Origin: Thermoanaerobaculia bacterium
Lineage (GTDB): Bacteria > Acidobacteriota > Thermoanaerobaculia > Multivoradales > Multivoraceae
Assembly: GCA_963664405.1 (NCBI GenBank)
Contig: OY761158.1
Coordinates: 1,216,001-1,280,000 of the forward strand
Direction of reading: 5' to 3'
DNA length: 64,000 bases
Both the position numbers and the translations under genes were made by a program. Positions within the stretch are counted from its first letter, which is position 1. Every line of letters starts with the position of its first letter. The notes beneath the pieces are model-generated. The model was not told the origin of the DNA, ran no database searches, and worked only from the letters and a program-made list of their open reading frames with translations. Positions 1-9,772 of this stretch are shown piece by piece.

Positions 1-1422
1 GTTGTTCCAGACCACGGTCAGGATCGGCAGGCCGTAACGTGCCATGGTCCAGAACCCGGACGACGAGTACATCACCGAACCATCGCCGATGCTCAATACC
101 ACCGGCCGTTCCGGCGTCGCCAGCTGGGCTCCGACGGCGCTGCCGACACCGTAGCCCAGGCTACCGCCGTAGGTACGCACATAGCGCCAGTCGTTGTCGC
201 CGAATCCGAACGGCATCAAATGATCGGCCGCACGAAAATTCTCGGACACGATCATCGTATTGGGTGCCAGGCACTCGCTCATACGCTGACCGAGATAGTT
301 GGGGTGAATGGGGTTGGCACCCGCGTGGGACGATGCACTGTCGCGCTGTTCGGCCAGACGGACTTCGGTCTGAGCGGCCAGCTCACTCCGTCGTTTCGCC
401 AGCTGAGGCAGGTTCGCATCGGCTTCGCTCCACTGGGCATTGATGGCACTCAGCGTGTGCTTCACGTTGGACCAGATGGAGATGTCCAGGGCGAAAGTGT
501 TGCCGAGTTGTGAAGGATCGTGGCCTATCCCGATCGTCAGCGCGTTGGGGAAGCGATCATCCGACGGGTTGGCCCGCGTATTCGCGCGATAGCCGACACA
601 GCACACTACGTCGTAGTCCTCCGGTCGGCCATCGACCATTCCGACGAAATTCGGGTGGGCGCGTGGGAACGCCCCGTAGTCGAAGAAGCCGATCGCAACT
701 GGCAGCGCGTAGTTCTCTGCCAGTTCCAGAATCTCCGCCTGTGCACGGGCATTCGCGACATCCGGGCCAATCAGCAACAGAGGCTTCTCGGCGTTGAGCA
801 GCGCGTCATGAATGCGCTCGATCGTCGCGCTGTCAGGGATCTGTGCCGTCTCCAGCGCTTCACCCGGTGAAATCACGCCTTCCACATCTTTCTGACTCAG
901 GGCCTCGCTGGTAAAGCCGAGAAACACCGGGCCGCTGGGCATGGACAATGCCTCTTTGAACGCGCGTCGCGCGGCCATGGGAATCCCCCGGGCATCACGA
1001 ACCTCCCAGCGCTGCTTGGTCACATCCTGGACGATGCTCATGTGGGAAAAGCCTGCGCTGACGCCGAGTGTATTGTGGTCGCCAAAGGATCCAGCGTCGC
1101 GCATCGCCGAGGTAACCACCATGGGGGTGCCGTCGAAATGTGCATTGAAGAGCTGACCGGAACCCTGTCGGGTACCGGCCGCCAGGTGGACGTTGACGAA
1201 CGCTGGTTTCCGTGAAGTCCTGGCGTAACCGTCGGCCGCTGACAGGACAAGAGACTCGTTCAGAAGCAGGATCGGCTGAACACCGGGTACGGTCAGAAAG
1301 GCGTCGAAAAAACCCGCTTCTGCACTCCCCGTGTTGGTGAAGGCATAGTCGACCCCCTGTGCAACCAGTTGGTGCATCAGGAGCTCGCCGCCCGTGCCCG
1401 TCACCTTCGTCCCAGTAGTCAT
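1..1422 (-). CDS. Thiamine diphosphate-dependent enzyme (benzoylformate decarboxylase/acetolactate synthase-like); 3' end runs off the window
   Basis: Manual translation from ATG at 1422: MTTGTKVTGTGGELLMHQLVAQGVDYAFTNTGSAEAGFFDA. The ThDP motif SIGDGSVMYSSSG...VVWNN lies near base 1. Missing from the ORF track because there is no stop in the window. Confidence 0.9.
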   Translation of the reverse strand, partial: MTTGTKVTGTGGELLMHQLVAQGVDYAFTNTGSAEAGFFDAFLTVPGVQPILLLNESLVLSAADGYARTSRKPAFVNVHLAAGTRQGSGQLFNAHFDGTPMVVTSAMRDAGSFGDHNTLGVSAGFSHMSIVQDVTKQRWEVRDARGIPMAARRAFKEALSMPSGPVFLGFTSEALSQKDVEGVISPGEALETAQIPDSATIERIHDALLNAEKPLLLIGPDVANARAQAEILELAENYALPVAIGFFDYGAFPRAHPNFVGMVDGRPEDYDVVCCVGYRANTRANPSDDRFPNALTIGIGHDPSQLGNTFALDISIWSNVKHTLSAINAQWSEADANLPQLAKRRSELAAQTEVRLAEQRDSASSHAGANPIHPNYLGQRMSECLAPNTMIVSENFRAADHLMPFGFGDNDWRYVRTYGGSLGYGVGSAVGAQLATPERPVVLSIGDGSVMYSSSGFWTMARYGLPILTVVWNN

Positions 1423-1474
1423 GTCTATCTCCCGTTTGCTTGGTTTGTCCTTGGTCAGGAGCTTCCTGCACCAC

Positions 1475-1641
1475 CTAGTGTCGTGTCCCGGAAATGCCTG
1501 CATAATAGATCGAGGTCATTTCGTTCGCTGCCAAGGCGCGGCGAGGCAGGCATATTGAGAAATCTGTCGACGAGGCGTAACGAAGGCAGCGAGCGAAAGG
1601 GGCCGAGCTATTGGGTAGGCACTTCTGGGACACGACACTAG
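1475..1641 (+). repeat. CTAG-flanked palindromic MITE-like element, family 1, copy A (divergent terminal repeats)
   Basis: 25-bp inverted ends CTAGTGTCGTGTCCCGGAAATGCCT / AGGCACTTCTGGGACACGACACTAG with 2 mismatches. The core is homologous to 17719-17884 and 61111-61276. Confidence 0.85.
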
Positions 1642-1856
1642 GCACCGGAGACCTGAGTTTATGAGGTCTCGCCCCCCTGCAGTGCCACTTTGGTGACAGT
1701 CGCTGCCGATTACCCCTGCACCGCGTACCTCTGGATGTTGCGGATCGCCCGAGATCTGCGACTCGGCTCAGTTGTTATGATCGACGCCGTCACCAAACAG
1801 AGGGCTCGCGGCAGATCCAGGCGGCGGCGGCTCGTTCGGCACGAAAGGAAACCGTT

Positions 1857-2912
1857 ATGCGCTCGCCTCATCTCTTCCGGAATGCTGTCATGATCGCGGT
1901 CGCCACCGGCCTCGCGCTCTTGGTGCCCACGGCCAGCGTGGCAGGCGATGACATCCCGAGGACCGCCTCGGGCCGGCCCGATCTCGGCGGTACGTACGAC
2001 GTCGCTACTCTGACGCCGCTCGAGCGACCCGAGAAGTACGGCGACAATCTCTACATCAGCGTGGAGGATGCAGAGAAGATCGCCGAGGAGGAGAGGATCC
2101 GCTACGACGAAAGAGCGCAGAACAGCGATCCGAATCGCGCGGCGCCTCCCGAAGGCGCCAGCGTGGGTGGCTACAACTACTTCTGGCTCGATCGCGGCGT
2201 GGACGCCTTCACTGTCGACGGCAAGTTTCGCACTTCGATCCTCCTCGACCCGAAAGACGGCCGCCGGCCGCCGCTGACGCCGGAGGGGCAGGAATACGCC
2301 GACAAGCGAGCCGAGAGTCGCGACAAGTACACAGGAGGAGCGTGGTGGATCGACCAGGAGGGCCCGGGGCCCTACGACAACATGGAGCAGCGCGGCCACC
2401 CCGAGCGCTGCATCCTCGGCTTCACCGGCACCACGCCGACCTTTCCCAGCGTTTACAACAACTTCAAGCGGATCGTTCAGACCGAGGACCACGTGATGAT
2501 CCTGGTCGAGATGGTGCATGACGCCCGCACGGTGCGGATGAGCTCGGAGGGGCGCGCCGTAGGGCACCCGCCGCCCACAGTCCGCAAGTGGCTCGGCGAC
2601 TCCATCGGCTGGTGGGAGGGCGACACTCTGGTCGTTGACACCACCAACTTCCATCCTCTGTCCTGGACCCGATACGGCACGGAGAATCCGCACGTCGTCG
2701 AGCGCTTCACCAGACTCGAAGACGGCGACCTTCTCTACCGCTTCACTGTCGAGGACAACACGATCTGGACCGCGCCCTGGACCGGCGAGTACGTCTGGCG
2801 TGCGAGTGCGGAGAAGGTCTACGAGTACGCCTGCCACGAAGGGAACTACGCACTCGGCAACATCATGCGCGGGGCCCGGATCCTGGAGCGGGATGCCTTG
2901 AAAGAGAGATAG
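1857..2912 (+). CDS. Conserved secreted hypothetical protein (GRPDL-GxY ... EYACHEGN family)
   Basis: Signal peptide; motifs PRTASGRPDLGGTY, WLGDSIGWWEGDTLVVDTTNF and YEYACHEGNY. Confidence 0.85.
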   Translation: MRSPHLFRNAVMIAVATGLALLVPTASVAGDDIPRTASGRPDLGGTYDVATLTPLERPEKYGDNLYISVEDAEKIAEEERIRYDERAQNSDPNRAAPPEGASVGGYNYFWLDRGVDAFTVDGKFRTSILLDPKDGRRPPLTPEGQEYADKRAESRDKYTGGAWWIDQEGPGPYDNMEQRGHPERCILGFTGTTPTFPSVYNNFKRIVQTEDHVMILVEMVHDARTVRMSSEGRAVGHPPPTVRKWLGDSIGWWEGDTLVVDTTNFHPLSWTRYGTENPHVVERFTRLEDGDLLYRFTVEDNTIWTAPWTGEYVWRASAEKVYEYACHEGNYALGNIMRGARILERDALKER

Positions 2913-2926
2913 AGACGAGGCCCCCC

Positions 2927-5053
2927 TCAGCTCGAGGTCAGGGTGCCAAAGCCACCGCCTTCGCCGGCGAGCTTCTCGAGCAGCGGCGCCGGGCGCCAGT
3001 GATCACCTAACTCATCGGCGTACCGGTTCATATCGGCAACGATCGTGGCCAGGCCCTGTTGCTCAGCCCAGTGCATCGGCCCCCCGCGGTACTTCGGGAA
3101 TCCGTAGCCATAGCAGTACACGATGTCGATATCGGAGGACCGCAGCGCAATGCCGTCGTCGAGCAGCTGAACACCAATGTTGACCAAGGGATAGAGACAA
3201 CGTTTGAGGACCTCATCGTCTGCGACTTCGCGCCTCTCTACCCCGAGCTCGGCTGCGGTCTCGCGGATGATGTCCTCGACCTCCGGATCGGGCGTGGCCG
3301 CTCGACGCTCGTCGTAGATGTAGTAGCCACGTCCGGATTTCTGGCCGAATCGGTCTTTTTCGCACAGCTTGAACGACACCATTGAGGTGCGGGGCGCATC
3401 GTCCAAGGTGCCGCCACCGAGCTTGTGGGCGCGCCAATAGAGGTCGAGCCCTACCAGGTCGCCCATGCGGAACGGACCCATGTTGAGGCCAAAGTCGTAG
3501 ATGACCTGGTCGACTTGCCACGGGCTTGCACCACTCAGGATCAACTCCTGCGCCTCCTCCATGTAGCCCTGGATCATCCGATTGCCGATAAATCCCGGTG
3601 CGTTTTTCGACAGAACGGCGGCCTTGTCCAAGCTCTTGCCGAGCGTCATCGCTGTCGCAACGGTCGCCTTGTCGGTCTTGTCGCCTCGAACCACTTCGAG
3701 CAGGCGCATGACATTCGCCGGACTGAAAAAGTGCATCCCCACGACCTTTTCCGGGCGCCTGGTCACTGCCGCCATCTGATCGATGTCGAGCCCCGAGGTG
3801 TTGCTCGCGAGGATGGCGCCGTCCTTCATCGTTGCGTCGAGTTTTTCGAACACTTGCTTCTTGACGTCGATACTTTCGAAAACGGCTTCGACAACGACGT
3901 CGGCACTACCCACTTCGGCATAGTCGAGCGTTCCCGAGATCAACCCAATTCGGGCGTCCATATCTTCCTGTGCAAGACGACCACGCTTCACCTGACTCGC
4001 GTAGTTCCTCTCGATCGTTCCGAGCCCTCGCTCCAACGCCGATCGATCCACCTCGAGAATCTTGACCGGGATGCCGACATTGGCGAAGCACATCGCGATG
4101 CCTCCGCCCATCAGGCCACCGCCGACTGTTGCCGCGGACGCGATGTCTTTGACCGGCGTTTCGCGCGGAATGTCGGGGATCTTTCGAGCCAGGCGTTCGG
4201 CGAAGAACACATGAACCATGGCTGCGCGCTGCGGGTTTTGTTGACAGGCGATCAGGCGCTCATGTTCGATGCTCATTCCTTCGTCGAACGAATCCGACAT
4301 CACGGCCGCGCGGATACACTCCAGTGTCTGCCTGCCATTGAATTGGCCGCGCATGCGCTTCTCGACGAAAGCCTCACCCTGCTCGAAGATCTCCGGGTGC
4401 TTTCGATCCTCCAGGGTCCGCTCATCCATGTCGCGGATCCGGCGCGGCGGAGCGCCGTCTCGAACAAGCTGCCTTGCGTAGCCAATAGCGCCCTGGACGA
4501 AGTCTTCGTCTTCAATGAGCGCGTCGACGATGCCGAGCTCGAGCGCATCTTCGGTAGCGAATGGGTCTCCGGTCAGGATCGGCATCAGGGCATTCCCCGC
4601 GCCGATCAAGCGAGGCAGTCGTTGGGTACCCCCGCCACCGGGCAAGATCCCGAGCTTGATCTCCGGCAGTCCGACCTCCGCACCCGGCTTGATCACGCGG
4701 TAATGGCACATCAGCGCGTGCTCCAAACCTCCGCCGAACGCAGTCCCGTTGATTGCGGCGATAACCGGCTTAGGGCTGGACTCCATCCAGGCACCCGCGG
4801 TCTTGCTCGGCTTCGGTAGGTCCGCGGGCAGCGACTTGCCGAAGTTTCTGATGTCCGCCCCGGCTATGAACGCACGGCCCTTCCCAGTGATCACAATGGC
4901 GGTGATGTCATCGTCGTCGATGGCCCTCTCGAGGTGCATCGACAGCCAATAGGTGACACCGGTACTGAGAGGGTTGACCGGCGGGTTGTCGATGGTCAGG
5001 AGTGCGATCTCTCCCTGCTTTTCGTAGTGAACGGTTCCAATCAGATCTGCCAT
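2927..5053 (-). CDS. Bifunctional enoyl-CoA hydratase / 3-hydroxyacyl-CoA dehydrogenase (FadB/FadJ-like)
   Basis: Crotonase motifs FIAGADI and GGGLEHAL...GLPEIKLG; HACD motifs GGGLMGGGIA, SNTSGL, GMHFFSPA and GFIGNR. Confidence 0.95.
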   Translation of the reverse strand: MADLIGTVHYEKQGEIALLTIDNPPVNPLSTGVTYWLSMHLERAIDDDDITAIVITGKGRAFIAGADIRNFGKSLPADLPKPSKTAGAWMESSPKPVIAAINGTAFGGGLEHALMCHYRVIKPGAEVGLPEIKLGILPGGGGTQRLPRLIGAGNALMPILTGDPFATEDALELGIVDALIEDEDFVQGAIGYARQLVRDGAPPRRIRDMDERTLEDRKHPEIFEQGEAFVEKRMRGQFNGRQTLECIRAAVMSDSFDEGMSIEHERLIACQQNPQRAAMVHVFFAERLARKIPDIPRETPVKDIASAATVGGGLMGGGIAMCFANVGIPVKILEVDRSALERGLGTIERNYASQVKRGRLAQEDMDARIGLISGTLDYAEVGSADVVVEAVFESIDVKKQVFEKLDATMKDGAILASNTSGLDIDQMAAVTRRPEKVVGMHFFSPANVMRLLEVVRGDKTDKATVATAMTLGKSLDKAAVLSKNAPGFIGNRMIQGYMEEAQELILSGASPWQVDQVIYDFGLNMGPFRMGDLVGLDLYWRAHKLGGGTLDDAPRTSMVSFKLCEKDRFGQKSGRGYYIYDERRAATPDPEVEDIIRETAAELGVERREVADDEVLKRCLYPLVNIGVQLLDDGIALRSSDIDIVYCYGYGFPKYRGGPMHWAEQQGLATIVADMNRYADELGDHWRPAPLLEKLAGEGGGFGTLTSS

Positions 5054-5117
5054 CGTTGAGCCCCTCTTGAAATTCCGGCCGAAGGTTGTCGAAACCCCAC
5101 ATCATTTTCCTCGGCTC

Positions 5118-5882
5118 TCAGTGGTTCCACCACGCCTGATCAGAAAACGATCGCATGTCGAGCTCATGAGTCCAGACCGATCGATGTTGTTTGGCGATGT
5201 GGAAATAGGTGTCGGCTATCTTGGCAGGGAGCATCAGTCCGTCATGCTCCATGCCGCGTGATTCTCTCAGCTGCTGATACTTCTCCGGCCCAAGCATTTT
5301 TCCCAAGGTGTCGGGAGCATCGACAGCGCCGTCAATAAGGATATGGGCGACATGGATACCCTTGGGCGCGAATTGCGCGTTGAGGGTCTGGCAGAGCATG
5401 CGTCGGCCGGCCATCGCGGCCGCATGAGAGTGTTGACCAGCGTTACCGCGCATCGCCGCCGTAGCGGAGGTAACGAGGAGGGTGCCATGACCGCGCGCTT
5501 CCATCAGGGGGCACACCACCGACGCTAAACGGAACAATCCGAAGGTCGCCATGCGCCAGCCCAGCTCGAAAGCTTTGTAGCTGGTGTCTGCCAGCGGCCG
5601 GTTTCCGATTTGGGCCCCCAGGTTGTAAACGGCGACCTCAACGGGACCAATGTCCGCCTCGACCGCGGCCACGCGATCTTCGATGCTGTTCTCTTTGACC
5701 GCATTGAGCAAATAGCCTGAAGCTGAGCCCCCGTCGCTCTCGATCTCTGCGATCAACATCTTCAAGCCATCTTCGTTGCTTCGCCGACACAAAGCGGCAT
5801 GATACCCCTCTCGGGCAAAGCGTTTTCCGACATTGCCACCGATACCGGCTCCGGCACCCATAACCAAACAAACTGGTTTCAT
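5118..5882 (-). CDS. Short-chain dehydrogenase/reductase
   Basis: GAGAGIG Rossmann motif, YNLGA, TSATAAMRG and GIHVAHILIDG. Confidence 0.9.
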   Translation of the reverse strand: MKPVCLVMGAGAGIGGNVGKRFAREGYHAALCRRSNEDGLKMLIAEIESDGGSASGYLLNAVKENSIEDRVAAVEADIGPVEVAVYNLGAQIGNRPLADTSYKAFELGWRMATFGLFRLASVVCPLMEARGHGTLLVTSATAAMRGNAGQHSHAAAMAGRRMLCQTLNAQFAPKGIHVAHILIDGAVDAPDTLGKMLGPEKYQQLRESRGMEHDGLMLPAKIADTYFHIAKQHRSVWTHELDMRSFSDQAWWNH

Positions 5883-5912
5883 CCTCGTACTCCTCGACGG
5901 TCGATGTCAACT

Positions 5913-6521
5913 CTACTTGCTTTGAGCCCGCGCCAGTGCCGGACGGCTATAGCAAGCTTGCGACCAGCGCTACACGTTGGCAAATGCCGAGTAATCGAAC
6001 TCGGCGGCACCCAGCAGAAGCATGACGGCGGCCAAGTTGAGATCGGCAACACTGAAGCTCTCGCCTACCAGCCAATCGCGGCCGGCCAGCGAAGCGTCGA
6101 GTACTTTCAGCGGTCGCAGCAGTCCCTTGGCTGCGCGCTCGATCACGCCAGCGTCTCGCTTTTCCTCGGGTGTAAACACTTTCTGGATGACGAGTTGGAG
6201 CTGTAGGGGCTCGATCTCACTGATCCCCCACACGCTCCACTGCCAGGTTCGGGCTTCTGCCTGAGCATCCCGAGGATACAGTGGGCCGCCGTAGGTCTTT
6301 GTCAGATACAAATTGATCGCCATCGACTCAAAAAGCTTCAGATCGCCGTCTACCAGCGCTGGGACCCTTCCATTGGGATTCACCTCCAGATACTCGGCAG
6401 CTTTCGTGTCACCGCGGAAGTTGGTCTGCACATGCTCGTAGTCGATGCCGACTTCTTCCATCGCCCAGATCGAGCGAAGCGCTCGCGACGTTGAGATTCC
6501 ATATAGCTTAGGCTTCGCCAT
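5913..6521 (-). pseudogene. Glutathione S-transferase with an in-frame TAG near the C-terminus
   Basis: GST motifs NPNGRVP, ESMAINLYL and FSVADLN. After the TAG at 5970-5972 the frame continues RWSQACYSRPALARAQSK*, a typical GST tail. Confidence 0.8.
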
Positions 6522-6592
6522 CACTTGCCCTCGGTTTTGGTGTTCTGCGTTATGCGGTCGATCTTCTGTTTACTCGAGCCCTACGCTAGTAG

Positions 6593-6621
6593 TTGACACT
6601 CCAGGTGTCAATATCTAGACT
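6593..6621 (+). promoter_or_regulatory. Sigma70-like promoter with overlapping palindromic operator; probably a leaderless transcript
   Basis: TTGACA-N17-TAGACT ends 6 nt before ATG 6628. A perfect palindrome TTGACAC-N5-GTGTCAA spans 6593-6611. Confidence 0.65.
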
Positions 6622-6627
6622 CGAGCC

Positions 6628-7395
6628 ATGACTGCTTCCATCGCTCGCCCCAACCCCGAACGTCGGGTAGCGATCGTCACCGATGCCACCATGCACTTGG
6701 GTCCCGACCTGGCGCGAGTGCTCGCCCAACGCGGCCACGATCTGGTCCTCGGTGAGGCGGCCGATGGCCTCGCGGAGGAGGTCCGGGAGCTCGGCGCCGC
6801 GGTGGAGACGGTCGACGGGGTCGCCGACCTCACCCAGCCGCAGGCAGTTCAATCCCTGGTCGAGCGTGCACTCAGTCGCTTCGGCCGTCTCGATGCCGCG
6901 TGCATCCGCACCGGAAAGATCATTGGAGGGGACTTCCTCGACGCAACGTTGGATGAGCTCCGAGAGCTTTCGAGCGAAAACCTGGAATCGGTATTTCACG
7001 CACTCAAAGCCCTACTACCTCCGATGATCGAAGCGAAAGCCGGGCAGGTCGTGATCGTTACCAGTGCGTCCGGCGCGCGGGCCGTACCCCAAGCGGCCCT
7101 CTATAGCGCGACGAGAGCAGGCGCAAACATGATGGTTCGCAACGCCGCCCTGTCGGTGGCGAAATACGGAGTCACGGTCAACGCGCTTGGCACGAACTTT
7201 CTCGACTACCCAGGATTCGTTCGCGCAAGCGGGGCGGCAGACCCCGACATCCGACGGAAGATCGAATCACGGATTCCGCTCGGCCGCCTCGGTCATCCAA
7301 GCGAGGTGGGCCACTTTTGCGCCGGCCTCCTCGATGGAACAAACCGATTTCAAACCGGCCTTTTCTTTCCCATGAGCGGGGGATGGAACGACTGA
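6628..7395 (+). CDS. Halohydrin dehalogenase, G-type (HheG-like)
   Basis: SDR fold with S-x12-Y-x3-R triad (TSASGARAVPQAALYSATRAG) in place of YxxxK. T-x4-H-x-G replaces the NAD Gly motif. The tail GTNFLDYPGF...GLLDGTNRFQTG..F..SGGW resembles HheG. Confidence 0.8.
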   Translation: MTASIARPNPERRVAIVTDATMHLGPDLARVLAQRGHDLVLGEAADGLAEEVRELGAAVETVDGVADLTQPQAVQSLVERALSRFGRLDAACIRTGKIIGGDFLDATLDELRELSSENLESVFHALKALLPPMIEAKAGQVVIVTSASGARAVPQAALYSATRAGANMMVRNAALSVAKYGVTVNALGTNFLDYPGFVRASGAADPDIRRKIESRIPLGRLGHPSEVGHFCAGLLDGTNRFQTGLFFPMSGGWND

Positions 7396-7434
7396 CTCGG
7401 GGAACGGATCGTCCACTCTGAGAGCGGCGAAACG

Positions 7435-7740
7435 TCAGTGCATCTCACCCCAGCTCATCGATAGGACGCGGCTGATCTGACAGAGGGGACGGCCGCTCTC
7501 CTCCATCCAGGCATTGAACGCCTGCTGAACCGCCAACCGGTCTCGCTTCCCCGTCGGTTTCTTGGCCACCAGGCCCTGATCGACAAGACAGCCGACCACA
7601 TCCGGTCGAAGCATGAAGGTGTCCTTGCCCATCTCACGGAGGAACATCGGGCCGGTCTCGCCTCCGAGCCGTTGGCCTTCTTTGTTCAGAAGATCCCAGA
7701 GCGAAACGATGTCTGTCGACGGCCAGTCGGCGAGCCCACG
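7435..7740 (-). pseudogene. C-terminal fragment of a DNA-3-methyladenine glycosylase I-like protein
   Basis: LADWPSTDIVSLWDLLNKEGQRLGGETGPMFLREMGKDTF...SGRPLCQISRVLSMS; the N-terminal half is absent. Confidence 0.6.
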
Positions 7741-7844
7741 AGGACGGTCAACGGCCTCGCGGCCTGGTTCACAGCCTGGAGAAGACCACATGGACATCCA
7801 GCCTGCGAGCCACGGGTCGTGAGCGCTTCGAGTATGCTCTCGTC

Positions 7845-8783
7845 ATGTTACGAATCGCCCTCTTCGGGCAGGCGGGGTTTGGCAAAGACACGCTCCACGG
7901 GCTCCTCGACAGCGGCCACAAAGTGGTCGGAGTATTCGCGCCGCCCGAGGGCAAACGGCCGGATGCGCTTGCCGAACGGGCCGCAGAGCTCGGCCTTCCG
8001 CTGATTCGCCGCCGTTACTACCGAAGAAAAAATGGCGAAGCGATTCCGGCGGCGGTCGAGGCTCATCGCGAGCTCGGCGCGGATCTGAACGTGCTCGCCT
8101 CCGTCCAGGTTTTCCTCCCACCCGAGATCGTCGATGCTCCCCGCCACAAGAGCCTGTGCTTTCATCCGTCGCTGTTACCGGCATACCGCGGCGGAGCGGC
8201 GATGCAATGGCAGATCATCGACGCCGTCCACGAGACCGGCGTGTCGATCTTTGTGCCGGACACGGGCGCAGATACCGGACCGGTGGTCGTTCAGAGAGGT
8301 GGAGTCGAGATCGGGCCTACTGATACGACGGCGACGCTTTTTTTTCAAAAGCTCTACCCACTCGGCGTGGCGGCCATGCTCGAGGCCGTAGACCTGGTGG
8401 ACTCCGGAACGGCCGCCCCGAAAGCCCAGGACGAATCGCGCGCATCTCACCAGGGACTCGTCGGTGACACTGTCGGCGCGATCGACCTCACAAAGAACGC
8501 GGCGATCATCGACCGGCTGGTGCGTGGGTGTGATCCCCAACCCGGTGCGTGGCTCACTATCGGCGAGCAGCCAAAGGTTCGTCTCTACGACGCGGAGCTC
8601 AGCCTCGCGACTTCGGGCGCGGCGACTGGCTCGATCGTGACCATCGACGATGCCGGCCTCCATATCGCCCTCGACGGCGGAACCCTACGCATTGGCCGCG
8701 TTCGCGCAGACGGTGGCAAGGAAGGGGCAGCGGAGTTCGCCAGCCGCATGGGCCTCGAGGTAGGCCAGTCCCTGGCACCCTGA
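7845..8783 (+). CDS. Formyltransferase family protein (methionyl-tRNA formyltransferase / 10-formyl-THF dependent)
   Basis: FHPSLLPAYRGGAA motif, DTGPV, and a C-terminal fmt domain (VRGCDPQPGAW). Confidence 0.85.
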   Translation: MLRIALFGQAGFGKDTLHGLLDSGHKVVGVFAPPEGKRPDALAERAAELGLPLIRRRYYRRKNGEAIPAAVEAHRELGADLNVLASVQVFLPPEIVDAPRHKSLCFHPSLLPAYRGGAAMQWQIIDAVHETGVSIFVPDTGADTGPVVVQRGGVEIGPTDTTATLFFQKLYPLGVAAMLEAVDLVDSGTAAPKAQDESRASHQGLVGDTVGAIDLTKNAAIIDRLVRGCDPQPGAWLTIGEQPKVRLYDAELSLATSGAATGSIVTIDDAGLHIALDGGTLRIGRVRADGGKEGAAEFASRMGLEVGQSLAP

Positions 8784-8835
8784 GAAGTCACTCCCTCTGG
8801 GTGCAGGGCTACTCGGAGGACTGCACGGTCGCGAC

Positions 8836-9495
8836 TCAAGTGGTAGTGATCTTCGAGCCGCCTTCCTTCAAGTCCTTGGCACTCTTCGCGCCCTGGGGAA
8901 CCTCACAACCTCGCTGAATACCCGGCTTCTCCGCCATGCGCTTCATCCAGGCTTGGAGGTTGTCGAGACCCTCGATATCCACCCTTGCCCAGTAGTAACT
9001 CCGCACCCATGAGTAGTTGGCGATGTCGGCAATGCTGTAATCACCGGTGAGGTAATCACGACCGCTGAGCCGGTGATCGAGCACCTCGTACAGGCGTCTG
9101 GACTCGTTACAGTAGCGGCTGATCGCTTGCGGGATTTGTTCAGGGAAGTAGCGGACAAAGACAACGGCCTGCCCCTGCATGGGGCCGATTCCGGACATCT
9201 GAAACATGAGCCACTGCATGACGTCGTAGCGACCGGCGAGATCGGTGGGCATGAGCTTGCCGCTCTTTTCAGCCAGGTAGAGAAGGACGGCACCGGATTC
9301 GAAAACGCTGATCCCGGTGTCGGTATCCACAATCGCCGGAATGCGGCCATTGGGACAGATCTTCAAGTACTCTGGATCCCGCTGCTCGCCTCTCCCGAGG
9401 TTGATCAAGTTGACGTTGTAGGGCAACGCCATCTCTTCGAGAGCCATGGAGACCTTCCAGCCATTCGGTGTTCCGGATGTGAAGAGCTCGATCAT
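8836..9495 (-). CDS. Glutathione S-transferase, YfcG/YghU (nu class)-like
   Basis: [28 protein letters not shown] and [15 protein letters not shown]. Confidence 0.9.
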   Translation of the reverse strand: MIELFTSGTPNGWKVSMALEEMALPYNVNLINLGRGEQRDPEYLKICPNGRIPAIVDTDTGISVFESGAVLLYLAEKSGKLMPTDLAGRYDVMQWLMFQMSGIGPMQGQAVVFVRYFPEQIPQAISRYCNESRRLYEVLDHRLSGRDYLTGDYSIADIANYSWVRSYYWARVDIEGLDNLQAWMKRMAEKPGIQRGCEVPQGAKSAKDLKEGGSKITTT

Positions 9496-9732
9496 TCTCT
9501 GGCTCCTTGATTCACGGCCGACTCCTCAGCCATCAAAGCCATCGTATCGCCACCAGGTCCGCGGCTTCTCGTTGGACCGGCGATCAAAAGCCGCCTCACT
9601 CTCATCCCTAGCGCTCCGGCGGATCTGGTTGCCGCGCAGGGCGCCCTGGTGCGCAGATGCTACGTGGTTCCAAGCCTCGATCTGGGGGTAACGCGATTGG
9701 GCGACCAGCCCCCGGGCAACGAGTTCGGCAAC

Positions 9733-9755
9733 GAGCTTTGGAAACGCTGGTCTAG
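9733..9755. repeat. Solo terminal repeat of family 1 element
   Basis: GAGCTTTGGAAACGCTGGTCTAG matches the termini of the 17719 and 61111 copies; no core or partner end is seen. Confidence 0.7.
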
Positions 9756-9772
9756 GCTCCTCCTTGTCGCCG

